From IMG/VR virus record IMGVR_UViG_3300029121_000001: DNA of 64,000 nt; one strand, 5' to 3'. Source of the DNA: a virus. Every line of letters starts with the position of its first letter. Position 1 is the stretch's first letter. The position numbers and the translations under genes are program-made. A model generated the notes under the pieces. It worked only from the letters and a program-made list of their open reading frames with translations, was not told the origin of the DNA and ran no database searches. Positions 1-9,811 of this stretch are shown piece by piece.

Positions 1-323
1 ATAAACTCAATAAATTGGCTAATAGATTCTCCAGTATTAGAAAATACTTTAAGTAGTGTAGTAGAATGCTCTTTACAATCTTTTACATTATCATAGATAC
101 AATTAGAATCAAAAGAATAACATCTTCCAACCCAATTATCATCTACTTTAAGCATAAATAAATTATTAGTAACTTTATAGACATTAGAGTTACCATAATT
201 AGAAATGAGAGCTGCAATTCCTCCAATTATAGAAGGAAGAATATTATTCTGAGTAGATATTTTAATGCAATCATCTTTAATTCCATTAAAGAATTCTTGC
301 TGTTCAATTGTAATATTTCCCAT
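1..323 (-). CDS. Partial CDS (first 107 codons, runs off the window): GH73/FlgJ-type glucosaminidase-like domain
   Basis: ATG at 323-321 is preceded by TAAGGAGG. ILPSIIGGIAALISNYGNS...NNLFMLKVDDNWVG resembles the ILPS..AQA.LESGWG.S...NNLFGIK...W.G glucosaminidase signature. The Glu of the ES pair is Ile here. Confidence 0.5.
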   Translation of the reverse strand, partial: MGNITIEQQEFFNGIKDDCIKISTQNNILPSIIGGIAALISNYGNSNVYKVTNNLFMLKVDDNWVGRCYSFDSNCIYDNVKDCKEHSTTLLKVFSNTGESISQFIEF

Positions 324-388
324 AACGGTGCCTCCTTATAATTTTATAATGATGTTTTGCCGTATTTTATTTTCATCAATCGTCAAAA

Positions 389-404
389 AGATATTATAAC
401 AATG
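389..404 (+). promoter_or_regulatory. Promoter-like box AGATATTATAAcaATG
   Basis: Exact match to the recurrent 16-mer, 60-65 nt upstream of the 464 start and in the same orientation. A hairpin-prone leader follows. Confidence 0.5.
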
Positions 405-463
405 AGAGAATAAAAGATTATTTTATTTTCTCGGAATTATAATATAAGGACTGGTAAAACAAA

Positions 464-688
464 ATGTTCAACTTCAGAAAAAAGACTGCAAATTTTAAAC
501 ATCGTACTTGTGGTGAAGATACTACAACATATGGAAGAGCATTTACAGAAGTAGAAGAAAGTACAGCTCAAAATAATAGACCATTGCATGATTATATTCA
601 AGATATGAGAGATGAATATGAGATTTCACATCAGCAATCTGTAGAAACATCAGGATTTATATCTTATAATAATAAATATAGATATTAA
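464..688 (+). CDS. Hypothetical protein, 74 aa
   Basis: ATG ORF with a weak AAGGA SD, a promoter box upstream and a terminator hairpin downstream. Confidence 0.5.
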   Translation: MFNFRKKTANFKHRTCGEDTTTYGRAFTEVEESTAQNNRPLHDYIQDMRDEYEISHQQSVETSGFISYNNKYRY

Positions 689-715
689 AATAAAATATAA
701 GAATAAAAAAGATGA

Positions 716-734
716 GTAAGGCATAAAGCCTTAC
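716..734. terminator. Bidirectional hairpin terminator
   Basis: gtaaggc-ataaa-gccttac flanked by an A-run and a T-run, between convergent genes. Confidence 0.65.
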
Positions 735-748
735 CCACCTTTTATTTT

Positions 749-1303
749 TTATCGTCTACCGTTTCCGTGGCGCTTCTTATTGTTGTTATGATAATTCTGA
801 TTGTAATTATTCTGCTGAACAGGCTTCACTTCAGGAGGAGTAGTATCTGTAACTTCTTCCTGTTCATCTTCAATTACATCAGATTCTTGAACATCTTCTT
901 CAGATGTATCTTCATTTTCAATTACTTCTTCTTCCATAGGAGACTCTTCAACAGTCTCAACAGTAGGTTCAGGATCTGCAACTTTACGAACATCATACTC
1001 TACAATGTTAGATTCAACTACAGGAATAGGCTTAATAGGTTCTTTAACAGGATCTGTATACGCTTCATCCAATGCCTTATAATTACCACTACTAATAGCA
1101 ATCCATTCATTGGTAAGATTATTCAGAACTTCAATATCTGTCCAATCAAAGATTCTTTTAGTAATAGGATAAGGAGTATCTTCTAGAGTAATGACATCAG
1201 TACCTTTAAGATATTCTTCTCTAGAAATTAGACCTTTATTAAAAATTAGATCTGCCTTGGTAGAAGGAAACTTAATGGTACGACAATTATTAATATAATT
1301 CAT
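749..1303 (-). CDS. Hypothetical protein with acidic C-terminal half and basic tail
   Basis: 184-aa ORF with an AAAGGAG SD. E/D/T/P-rich region, then NNNKKRHGNGRR. Confidence 0.7.
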   Translation of the reverse strand: MNYINNCRTIKFPSTKADLIFNKGLISREEYLKGTDVITLEDTPYPITKRIFDWTDIEVLNNLTNEWIAISSGNYKALDEAYTDPVKEPIKPIPVVESNIVEYDVRKVADPEPTVETVEESPMEEEVIENEDTSEEDVQESDVIEDEQEEVTDTTPPEVKPVQQNNYNQNYHNNNKKRHGNGRR

Positions 1304-1358
1304 TAAAAGTTCTCCTTTTATTTTTTTTTTGATTATTACAAGGTTCTTTTAATTAAAA

Positions 1359-1385
1359 GCCATAGAGAATTGACTTCTCTATGGC
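1359..1385 (-). terminator. Hairpin terminator (TAGAGA-core family)
   Basis: gccatagagaa-ttgac-ttctctatggc, downstream of the 1396 stop. Confidence 0.55.
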
Positions 1386-1395
1386 AATTATTTAA

Positions 1396-3057
1396 TTACT
1401 CTTTGACAACTTCAAAAGTTCCAGTGAAGTTCTTTTCAGCCTTATATCCCTTAGCAAGATACTTTTCATCAGGCTCTTCTGCACAACGAGCATCATAAAT
1501 GAAATTCTTGCAATCATTCTCAGGATCAAGAGTTAGAACCTTACCATTTAGAGTAGTGCCATTCTTAATAATAATGGTAGTCTGATTGGTAGCTTCAGGA
1601 TTCTTCTGAGGATTGCCTTCCATAAATGCTGCAGAACCGGTCAGAATGCAATTATTAATAATTGCATTGACATTCTTCTTAGTGGTATGCTGAGCAACAG
1701 CAAATGCAATATTCGTTGCAGTAGTACCATTACCATTAGGAGTCATAATAGGCTCACCTGCATTGGTAGAAATAACCTTACTGTTACAAATATCAACGGT
1801 ACCAGCACGAAGTTCAATACCACTATCTGTACCTTCGATAATAGAATTACTAATGGTAGCTCCAATATTACCAGCTAGATACATACCAGTGCCAACAGTT
1901 CCTTCAGTACTACCAACGAAGACCATAGATGCCTGAAGAACATTACCATTGCAGTAAACACCAGCACCATTATCGGATCCATCGTTATTACCAACGACAT
2001 GACCACAGCATCTAGCATTCAGATTGACAGATTTACCATCAAACATCAATCCAGCCCAGCCCCATAGAGTAATACCACTGCCAATATGAACATTAGCAGA
2101 AACATTTTCATCGGTATTCTTCAGAATAACAGGAGCAAAGTAAGGTTTAGCTTCCTTAACAGTACCTTCACCAGTAATGGTTAGGCTACCATTAGTAACC
2201 ATGAAATATCCATTGATAGTAACAGTAATTCCATGGACCAGCTTCAGAACAACATTCTTACCACTATTAATGGTAATAGTCTTAGGAACTGTAATGGACT
2301 TGTAAATATCAATAACATCACCAGAGGAAGCTGCTGCAATAGCCATGCTCAGTTCCTCATACTGGATACCATTTAGCATACAATTAGGCAGATCATCTGT
2401 ATCAATCAGTACTTTACAGATCAGAGAATTATCAAAGATTGTTAGATTATCTCCAGATTCACCATCGACAGTTAGAGTGCTATCGATGCCGAAGAATGTA
2501 GAATTCAGAGAAGCATCATCGGTACCAAAGTAAATATAGTTAGTACCATCAACTAGTTCCTCAGTCTCACAAAGAATATGAGCCTTAGAATATCCTTCTG
2601 CTTCTGCTTCAGCCTTATCATACTCGAACATCATCCAGAAACCATTCTTATCGATCTTCTCATCGCCAATCTTCTTAAAATCTGTGACCTTAAATAGCTG
2701 GCCAGTAAGAATACCATTATAAATAGCACAATCCTGAATCTTCTTTGCTGTTTCAGAAGTACTAGCAGTAATAAAGTTTTCCATCTTCTTGACACCGAAC
2801 TTTTCATCAGCATCAACTGTAGGAGCTTCTCCAGCAACAGCCAGAGCAAACTGCTCCTTGTAGTTATCCTTATTGACAGGATAATACTTACCAGCAGTAT
2901 CAATAAGTGCTACATGTGCAGTATCCAAGATGGAAAGAATATGCCGATCAGAATACTCGTCAATAACATCGAGGAAGTTTCCTTCATTAAATAGTACCTT
3001 ATCAGTAGCACGACGAGTAGGATACTTAGGCTTAATCGCAATACGAATATTAGACAT
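1396..3057 (-). CDS. Right-handed beta-helix (pectate-lyase fold)-like structural protein, tailspike/fibre-like
   Basis: 553-aa ORF with an AAGGAGG SD. The C-terminal 300 aa carry periodic G-x-I/V-x-L/I rungs (ITINSGKNVVLKL, VTNGSLTITGEG, VHIGSGITLWG, NSIIEGTDSGIELRAG, NNCILTGSAAF) typical of parallel beta-helices. Confidence 0.5.
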   Translation of the reverse strand: MSNIRIAIKPKYPTRRATDKVLFNEGNFLDVIDEYSDRHILSILDTAHVALIDTAGKYYPVNKDNYKEQFALAVAGEAPTVDADEKFGVKKMENFITASTSETAKKIQDCAIYNGILTGQLFKVTDFKKIGDEKIDKNGFWMMFEYDKAEAEAEGYSKAHILCETEELVDGTNYIYFGTDDASLNSTFFGIDSTLTVDGESGDNLTIFDNSLICKVLIDTDDLPNCMLNGIQYEELSMAIAAASSGDVIDIYKSITVPKTITINSGKNVVLKLVHGITVTINGYFMVTNGSLTITGEGTVKEAKPYFAPVILKNTDENVSANVHIGSGITLWGWAGLMFDGKSVNLNARCCGHVVGNNDGSDNGAGVYCNGNVLQASMVFVGSTEGTVGTGMYLAGNIGATISNSIIEGTDSGIELRAGTVDICNSKVISTNAGEPIMTPNGNGTTATNIAFAVAQHTTKKNVNAIINNCILTGSAAFMEGNPQKNPEATNQTTIIIKNGTTLNGKVLTLDPENDCKNFIYDARCAEEPDEKYLAKGYKAEKNFTGTFEVVKE

Positions 3058-3078
3058 GATAGAATATCCTCCTTAAGT

Positions 3079-3450
3079 TTAAATTTCAGAAATGTCATCA
3101 TCGTCATCAAGATCATCTGCTGCTACATCAATACCATCATCTACATTCATAGCAATATCAATCAGCTCATCGTCCTCAAAAGGATCCATTGCAATATCTC
3201 TTTCAGCAGCAATGATTTCATCAGCATCTGCACCTTCAATATTGAGATCTGTCATATCTTCAGAATAATCTTGATTAGTATCGACAGGAATATCCTCATC
3301 GTCATCTACAAGATCATCATCGGAGATACCTTCAGACTCAATATCATCGAGTGCATCCTCAACAGAATCATCATCGAGAATTGCACAATCTTCAGGGTCT
3401 TCAATAGAATTCACACAATCAAAGACCTCAGGATCAATAATCTTTTGCAT
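3079..3450 (-). CDS. Hyper-acidic small protein, 123 aa
   Basis: ORF with an AAGGAG SD. Asp/Glu dominate (runs such as DDLDDDDDISEI) and there are almost no basic residues. Confidence 0.7.
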   Translation of the reverse strand: MQKIIDPEVFDCVNSIEDPEDCAILDDDSVEDALDDIESEGISDDDLVDDDEDIPVDTNQDYSEDMTDLNIEGADADEIIAAERDIAMDPFEDDELIDIAMNVDDGIDVAADDLDDDDDISEI

Positions 3451-3461
3451 ATTTTATCTCC

Positions 3462-3746
3462 TTATAGGTCATCAATGTCATCGTCATCTAGCAAATCTGC
3501 AACTTCAGAATCAGGAGCATTAAGCATTGCTACCATAATTTCCTGCTCTTCATCAGCTGTAAGCCCATCATCATTAACAGGCTTTGCATTTTCAAATAGA
3601 TGAACCTTACCATCATCAACAGGATTTCTATCTTCCATTACTCCAATAATGATATCTTCAGTTTCATCAGCAATTCCACCGAGACTAGCTTCTAGAGTAA
3701 CTTGATCTTCAATATCTTCTGCAAAAAGAGAAGTCAATCGTTCCAT
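3462..3746 (-). CDS. Acidic small protein, 94 aa
   Basis: The track ORF starts at 3767, but that ATG lies inside AAAAGGAGG. The second ATG (3746) has proper SD spacing. Confidence 0.65.
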   Translation of the reverse strand: MERLTSLFAEDIEDQVTLEASLGGIADETEDIIIGVMEDRNPVDDGKVHLFENAKPVNDDGLTADEEQEIMVAMLNAPDSEVADLLDDDDIDDL

Positions 3747-3767
3747 TGATCTATACCTCCTTTTCAT

Positions 3768-5039
3768 TTAATTAGGAATTCTTGCCATAGTATTCTTAAT
3801 ATTTCTTTCGATAATATAAATAATCATTGGAATTAAGAAATAATTTTCCATATTATTCTCGGTTTCAATGATTCTTTCGAGAGGTAGAATATCTTCAGTT
3901 CCAATAGTATCATCAAAGTTAAAATACTTAATGAGTAAATTATACTTAGCATATTTACTATCAGAAGGAAAGATTTGATTTTCTAGAATATGACCAATCA
4001 TTTGGTTATCTAGAATATTAAGTGCAGGAGCATATACTTCTTGAGCTGGATCTGGATTAACATAAGTTAATTCAAAATAATTCTCATATCTTGTTCCAAA
4101 GATAGTTCCAGGATCGCTTATATAAACAGCAGTAGACGCATGTTTACATCCAGGAAGTAAATCCTTTTCTCTATTTTCTATGACTTTCCAGATAGACTTA
4201 TTATACTTGATATTGAAATCAGGTTTTAAATTAGTCTTATGATCAATAAAGTCATATTTTTCTCCAGAATTAGATAGAATCTTATGTCTAATACAAAATT
4301 CTATCATATACGGATCATAGAAAAAATCTGAATTCATGCCTGTTTGACAGACATGATATAGATGAACAAAAGTATATGTTTGCACTTTATCATTGAAGTA
4401 TAATCCTTTAAACAGTTGCTTAAGATTTACACAAACATCATCAAGATGCTTACATACATCATATTTAGACTGCTGTAGAATAGGAGTATACTCGGTGCCA
4501 ATATTACCAGAAACAAATCTGAATTCATCCACAATGTTATTGACCATTCTAGAATCATCATTGTGAATAAGTGCATATTCGATTCTATAATAATTGGCTC
4601 CATTATCGAAAGTGTCAGGAGTTACACTTGTAACCTCAAACTGATACCGCTGCTTAATCATCTTGATAACAAATTGATCTCCAGGATATGGAGTAATAGT
4701 ATCAGGAAGAATATAAGCATCTCCAGAAACATCTCCTCCAGCAACACCGAAATCATTGTTTTCTAGAGCAACGGTAATACGATCTAATCCATATAGATAC
4801 ATATCATGAATCAGATTAAATCTAAATGGAGTATCCTTACCATCATCAGCATAGTTAATTTTAAGAGATTTATCAAGTGTAGATTTGTTTTTATTGATAT
4901 TATAATAATCTACAGGGAGTGCTTTCTTGTCATTGAACAAATAAAATGGATTTTTGAGTAGATCTCCCTGTAGATCAATTACTGATTGAGTCATCTGAGA
5001 ATGACTTATATTAAGCAATCCCACAGTATCTACCTCCAT
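3768..5039 (-). CDS. Hypothetical protein, 423 aa
   Basis: Long ORF. The ATG at 5039 has no SD. A GTG at 5024 sits 8 nt after GGAGG and may be the true start. Confidence 0.7.
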   Translation of the reverse strand: MEVDTVGLLNISHSQMTQSVIDLQGDLLKNPFYLFNDKKALPVDYYNINKNKSTLDKSLKINYADDGKDTPFRFNLIHDMYLYGLDRITVALENNDFGVAGGDVSGDAYILPDTITPYPGDQFVIKMIKQRYQFEVTSVTPDTFDNGANYYRIEYALIHNDDSRMVNNIVDEFRFVSGNIGTEYTPILQQSKYDVCKHLDDVCVNLKQLFKGLYFNDKVQTYTFVHLYHVCQTGMNSDFFYDPYMIEFCIRHKILSNSGEKYDFIDHKTNLKPDFNIKYNKSIWKVIENREKDLLPGCKHASTAVYISDPGTIFGTRYENYFELTYVNPDPAQEVYAPALNILDNQMIGHILENQIFPSDSKYAKYNLLIKYFNFDDTIGTEDILPLERIIETENNMENYFLIPMIIYIIERNIKNTMARIPN

Positions 5040-5065
5040 TTAAATAATTATATGGATGTTTTTGA

Positions 5066-5593
5066 TCAGCCTTTGTTGTTAGAATCCCAAATTACGGGCA
5101 TGTGGTTATAGAAAGTGATAAATGCAGCTTTCTGAACAGCATTATCAAATGTAGGAAGAATCTCATTTATTACAATCTTATTGATATCATCGATATTTGT
5201 ATTATTCACAAGACGTGTATTTGTTGAATCAAGGAAAGCTTTTTCTCTATCAAGAACGTCTGCATCTGAATAACCATTAAAATGAGGAGCATGAGGAATT
5301 TCAGGAACTTTAAAATCATTCCAGTATTCATTATCGCAATGATAAGTTACCATTCCATTAGGTGTAGGGAATCCAACAACAAACATTCCATCGAACATTG
5401 TTCCATCTTCATGTTTTCTTGCCTTCCAAGCATAAGGAAGATGAATCATTGCAAGGGCAAGTAGATAAGTACGATGTTTATAAAGATCACCAAAAGTATG
5501 ATATCCATCAGAAATATCATCTGCAGAGTTTTTAGTACGGTCTTTATATTCTTTGATCTCATTATTGATCTTTTCAATTATTGCATTTGTCAT
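5066..5593 (-). CDS. Conserved-looking phage protein (SDGYHTFGDLY...YH...W motif), function unknown
   Basis: 175-aa ORF with an AAGGAG SD. I recall the motif pattern from small Gram-positive phage proteins, but the family is not verifiable here. Confidence 0.6.
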   Translation of the reverse strand: MTNAIIEKINNEIKEYKDRTKNSADDISDGYHTFGDLYKHRTYLLALAMIHLPYAWKARKHEDGTMFDGMFVVGFPTPNGMVTYHCDNEYWNDFKVPEIPHAPHFNGYSDADVLDREKAFLDSTNTRLVNNTNIDDINKIVINEILPTFDNAVQKAAFITFYNHMPVIWDSNNKG

Positions 5594-5613
5594 GTTTATT
5601 TACTCCTTATAAA

Positions 5614-6093
5614 TTAAATAATATCAGAAAGATTAGTACTCTGAATAATTTGTTTAAATTGAGCATCAGAATCTTGATAAATCTTTATCAAGAATTTACA
5701 GTAGTGATAATAATCATGGAAAATTTGTTCAGCTTTTTGTCTATTGTTTACGATAGAATTGATATTAGGAATATTGATAGAATCCATATCAATTGTGATA
5801 TTTCCATTATCACAATTACCAAATGGGAAATCATTAATCCATCCAGTATCATTATCTTGATCAATTATACTATCAATCAAATCATTGAAGAATTCTATAA
5901 ATTCAGGTGCTTTTGCTTTTAGAGAATTAAACCAAAATACAGAATTAATAGGTCTTATTCTTTGTGTAAGATAGTTGTACTCATATCCAAGACTTGACGA
6001 ATAAAGAATAACCTTATGTTTAAGGTTATTAAATTTCAAACGTTCATCAAGGATATTAACCATTGCTTTAGTATAAACATCTTGATCCATCAT
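5614..6093 (-). CDS. Hypothetical protein, 159 aa
   Basis: ORF with an AGAGG SD, tightly packed in the operon. Confidence 0.65.
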   Translation of the reverse strand: MMDQDVYTKAMVNILDERLKFNNLKHKVILYSSSLGYEYNYLTQRIRPINSVFWFNSLKAKAPEFIEFFNDLIDSIIDQDNDTGWINDFPFGNCDNGNITIDMDSINIPNINSIVNNRQKAEQIFHDYYHYCKFLIKIYQDSDAQFKQIIQSTNLSDII

Positions 6094-6146
6094 TATTACC
6101 TCTTTCTAAAAATAATTTAATATACAAAGAGTATATTATTAATAAG

Positions 6147-6965
6147 TCAAAGATCGAAAATATGCTTTTTATAAGCATTCGTATTTTTAGATTGTTTAAT
6201 AGATACAGATTCATTAGAATTACAGATATCATCCGGATCTTCATAATATGGAGCATATCTAGACGATCCTTTATATCCACTATCTATATCAGAAACAGCA
6301 TTTCCAGGAAGCATTGATAGAAATGATTGAATCATTTGAAATCCCAACATTGTTAGATCACATCTACTCAATCTATAGATAATCTCCAACCATGTATTAT
6401 CTGCATCTACAATAAATGAATATTCTTTATTCATTGTAAATCTAACTCCAGGACATTTACCATATTGACTATGAACATAAACATCTGGAGTTACTTCAAT
6501 AGAAGAACCATTATATGGATTTGAGAAAATCTCAACTGATTTTACTTTATCTGAATATATGATGAGATTATTATTATTAATGCCAAAACAACGATTCAAT
6601 ACCTTTGAATTAAAGTATTTCATATTGTTTACGATATCATCAATCGCATATCCATTAATATAAATACCAGTTGATCTTAACTCATCTCCAGGATGATCTT
6701 TCGAATAATTCGGATTGGGATACTCAAAAAATAAATAAGTGTTGAGTTTATATGAAGCACTGATAAGATGATCTACATTCTTATATTTATCAGATCTATA
6801 TCTGATTTCATTATAAAATCTATGCTTATTTCCTTGAGGATCCTTCCAGCTTAGATCTGCTACTACTTTTAAATTTACCCCAGGAGCAATATATGGTACA
6901 AGATATGATTTTATATTCTCTAATTCAAATAAAAGATTTAATCTTTCTTTTTCTTCTTTAGTCAT
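6147..6965 (-). CDS. Hypothetical protein, 272 aa
   Basis: ORF with an AGAGAGG SD and a TGA stop. Confidence 0.7.
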   Translation of the reverse strand: MTKEEKERLNLLFELENIKSYLVPYIAPGVNLKVVADLSWKDPQGNKHRFYNEIRYRSDKYKNVDHLISASYKLNTYLFFEYPNPNYSKDHPGDELRSTGIYINGYAIDDIVNNMKYFNSKVLNRCFGINNNNLIIYSDKVKSVEIFSNPYNGSSIEVTPDVYVHSQYGKCPGVRFTMNKEYSFIVDADNTWLEIIYRLSRCDLTMLGFQMIQSFLSMLPGNAVSDIDSGYKGSSRYAPYYEDPDDICNSNESVSIKQSKNTNAYKKHIFDL

Positions 6966-7020
6966 TTATATATACCTCTCTAGCGAATTCTTTTATATAT
7001 AAAAGTCTCATAAAAAATAA

Positions 7021-7056
7021 AAGTCTAGCAGAGGGAGGAACCCTCCACCAGACTTT
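7021..7056 (-). terminator. Hairpin terminator after 7069-9000
   Basis: In the minus sense, agtctggtggaggg-ttcct-ccctctgctagact (with G-U pairs) followed by TTTTATTTTTT. Confidence 0.7.
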
Positions 7057-7068
7057 TAAATTTACTTG

Positions 7069-9000
7069 TTACTTACTATTCTTCTTATTGGTGCGAATAG
7101 AGTAACGAACTTCACCCTCCTTATGAGGCTTAGTGTTATCAACAGAGACAGTAAGTTCATCAGCTGCTGCATTCGTGTTCTGCACACAGCTCATGATCTT
7201 GCTGGGGAACGGATAATTCACACGACTATCCGCGACCATGATAAACTTATCAGGATTGGTATAAGAGCTAATCCGGAAACGAATATTATCAAGGCTCTTG
7301 TTTCCGAGAACCTTGTAAATATTCTTGACCAATTTCACCCAATCATCATAAGTGATCTCAGGAAGATTGCTCATGTCCATTCTATCAGCAAACATGAATC
7401 CATTGTTAATGGCGATAATCTCAGGAGGAATCTGAGCATTGAGCATACGATTGTCTTCCTGAGTAATAGTACCAAGAATAAACTTAGTTACCATTGCCTG
7501 ATCATGCAAGCAGATGCTCGGTTCACGACGAATATCATGACCTTTGATCAGGGGCATGACCCGGATATCATCGCCATAGATCGTCTTATAATCTACGCCA
7601 ATGATCTTAAGCAAGATCCAATTGCCATGCTGATCAAGCAAGGCAGGATTATAGATTCCTGCTGCAATGACACCAGGATAATCGGAGCTACCATAACTCA
7701 CGACCAGACCGAAACTATTGATCAAATTGGTCAACCGTTCAATGCCAGGATAAGTTCTGGCAAAGAGCTCGTTGTTTCCAGCCTCAACAGCAGCAATCTG
7801 AGGAGGCTTATTGGAAACAGGCTGTGCAGGAGCAGTAGGAGTTGCAGGAGCAGGCTGATTAGCCTCAGGAGCAGGAGTTACAGGAATAGCTTTTGCGACC
7901 CCATTGCCAGCAAGAACATCATCAAAAGTGATGTTCTGCTCATTGGGATCGGTGCCAGGCAAAGTAATTGCCTGAACCATCTGGACCTGACCTTCCGGAG
8001 GATCAACAACATGGAGATCAGTCACAGGAGTTACATTTCCTGCACTCTGAGGAGGCTGAGAAATTGCAGACGACACACGACGAATGGCTGCTGCGATAGG
8101 TTGTTCATTCGGACGAACAATCTCAGGAGCTCCATTATTGTTGTTTGCAATCGGCGCTGCTCCTTTAGGATTCTGTTGAGGAACAACAGCTTCCATGGGC
8201 TTTGCTGCATTCGCATCCAAGCTAATATCCTCTTCGGAATTATTAGCAGATGGCGTTACAATTGGCGTATCATCTGTAGGAGCTCGATAATCTACAGGGT
8301 CATCAAAATGACCTGCCTCAACATAGCCATTCTTTTCTGCGATGAACATATTGCGGACTTCTTCAGGAATGTCAGTCTGCATATCCACAGCCTCATTCCA
8401 GGCCTTGATCTTCTTATGGTCAATCCCATTGGCTTCATTATAGAAGTCGGGGATAAATTCCATAATAAGATCAAAATCCATGGTCCCGGTAATGAAGCCA
8501 TGGACGATGCCAAACGCAATAACTTTATAAACGTTGGCATTGCCTTGTTCATAAAGTTTCTTCGCGTTGCGGATGGTCTCCTTCTCATCTTCAGCGGATC
8601 CAATGTTGGTAAGAATAACTCTACCCAACACATTGAAATATCTATGAATAGTCATCATAGAGATTTCAGGTGCGCTATCATTGAAAGGAAGCTGGAACCA
8701 TCTATTTGCGATAGAGAATACGTGTCCATCAGCCGGAGTATACATGTTTGTGAATTGTCCCATCTCGAATTTGTCAATATAATTATTCACATAACGAGAT
8801 GCTTGATCACAAACATCCTGATCAATGCAGCTATCTGCAAGGAGCGTACTGAAGCAAATTTTGTGTTCAGGATCTTTCCCATACTCAGGGCACAGTCTGT
8901 CCATAGATTCCCAAAATTTTTCTTCATCGATAACGATACCGTATTTCTTGTTGAATTCAACAATGTCTTTAGGAATTTCACGATTTCTAGTTGCGGCCAT
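7069..9000 (-). CDS. Abundant-looking orphan protein, 643 aa, two globular halves joined by a P/A/Q/N-rich linker
   Basis: AAAGGAG SD. Locally raised GC and codon bias strong enough to leave the whole antisense frame open. Own terminator. Confidence 0.8.
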   Translation of the reverse strand: MAATRNREIPKDIVEFNKKYGIVIDEEKFWESMDRLCPEYGKDPEHKICFSTLLADSCIDQDVCDQASRYVNNYIDKFEMGQFTNMYTPADGHVFSIANRWFQLPFNDSAPEISMMTIHRYFNVLGRVILTNIGSAEDEKETIRNAKKLYEQGNANVYKVIAFGIVHGFITGTMDFDLIMEFIPDFYNEANGIDHKKIKAWNEAVDMQTDIPEEVRNMFIAEKNGYVEAGHFDDPVDYRAPTDDTPIVTPSANNSEEDISLDANAAKPMEAVVPQQNPKGAAPIANNNNGAPEIVRPNEQPIAAAIRRVSSAISQPPQSAGNVTPVTDLHVVDPPEGQVQMVQAITLPGTDPNEQNITFDDVLAGNGVAKAIPVTPAPEANQPAPATPTAPAQPVSNKPPQIAAVEAGNNELFARTYPGIERLTNLINSFGLVVSYGSSDYPGVIAAGIYNPALLDQHGNWILLKIIGVDYKTIYGDDIRVMPLIKGHDIRREPSICLHDQAMVTKFILGTITQEDNRMLNAQIPPEIIAINNGFMFADRMDMSNLPEITYDDWVKLVKNIYKVLGNKSLDNIRFRISSYTNPDKFIMVADSRVNYPFPSKIMSCVQNTNAAADELTVSVDNTKPHKEGEVRYSIRTNKKNSK

Positions 9001-9033
9001 AATAAATATATCTCCTTTTATTCGTAAAAATAA

Positions 9034-9060
9034 AGACCGTAGGAATTTTATCCTACGGTC
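9034..9060 (-). terminator. Hairpin terminator
   Basis: gaccgtagga-atttta-tcctacggtc followed by a T-run in the minus sense. Confidence 0.7.
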
Positions 9061-9072
9061 TGGCTAACACTA

Positions 9073-9255
9073 TTACTTCTTCTGATTCTGTGACGCTTTA
9101 GTATTGGATACTGTGCTCCAGAATTTTGCGCCACTTCCTGCAAAGAAGCAGACTACCACCATTTCGATGAAGCACAAGATCAACCGTGCATAGTCAGAAA
9201 TACCTTTGCATTTCTTTTTGAGAAACGCAAAATATACCATGCTATAAGTCAGCAT
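9073..9255 (-). CDS. Small membrane protein, 60 aa
   Basis: AAAGGAGG SD. Two hydrophobic stretches (YSMVYFAFL, LILCFIEMVVVCFFAG). Confidence 0.6.
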   Translation of the reverse strand: MLTYSMVYFAFLKKKCKGISDYARLILCFIEMVVVCFFAGSGAKFWSTVSNTKASQNQKK

Positions 9256-9270
9256 ATTTTTACCTCCTTT

Positions 9271-9735
9271 TTATGCTAACACATTTTCCTTCCGAGGGAT
9301 GTCCTCAAAAACCTTTTCAACACTGTTTGCAGCTTTGAGGATCTTAGCAAACTGCCGCAGCTTGAAGATGTCTGCATGCAGAAGCTCAATGCGGTAATTC
9401 GCTAACCCATCAGGACGATTGATCTTTCTGATGGAGATGCGTGCGTGATCCCATACCCAGAAAGTACTGCATGCGTCCTGAATCGTCCTTGCGATATCAT
9501 CGCCTTTAGATCCGCTCACCATGCCCTGAAAAATGAAGGCACGAACATATTTGCTTTCAACGCCAGTGCTGGTGCAAGCAACATCATTGCCATGAGAGAT
9601 GATCGATTTCCCCTCAAAGGTATTACGGATATCGTAATCCGCGGGATTCCAGTCGATTTTGGCCTGAATGAGTTTCTTGATTTCAGACTTATCGAAATTG
9701 TTGATAGACTTCTTCTCATTGTTGTTACTAGTCAT
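9271..9735 (-). CDS. Hypothetical protein, 154 aa
   Basis: The track start at 9810 is upstream of the SD. The ATG at 9735 follows AAGGAGG by 8 nt. Raised GC. Confidence 0.7.
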   Translation of the reverse strand: MTSNNNEKKSINNFDKSEIKKLIQAKIDWNPADYDIRNTFEGKSIISHGNDVACTSTGVESKYVRAFIFQGMVSGSKGDDIARTIQDACSTFWVWDHARISIRKINRPDGLANYRIELLHADIFKLRQFAKILKAANSVEKVFEDIPRKENVLA

Positions 9736-9811
9736 AATTTTGTACCTCCTTAAAAGTACGTTTAAAAAGTGTGAATAAAATGTTTTGATGGAAGATATTT
9801 CTACTTCCATT

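Noticed and set aside
7066-9027. 653-aa plus-strand ORF spanning the whole 7069-9000 gene.
   Set aside because: It has no SD, and its composition is Ile/Arg/Cys/Ser-rich as expected for an antisense frame. The minus-strand ORF has an SD, a terminator and a natural-looking sequence. The open antisense frame is a by-product of codon bias.
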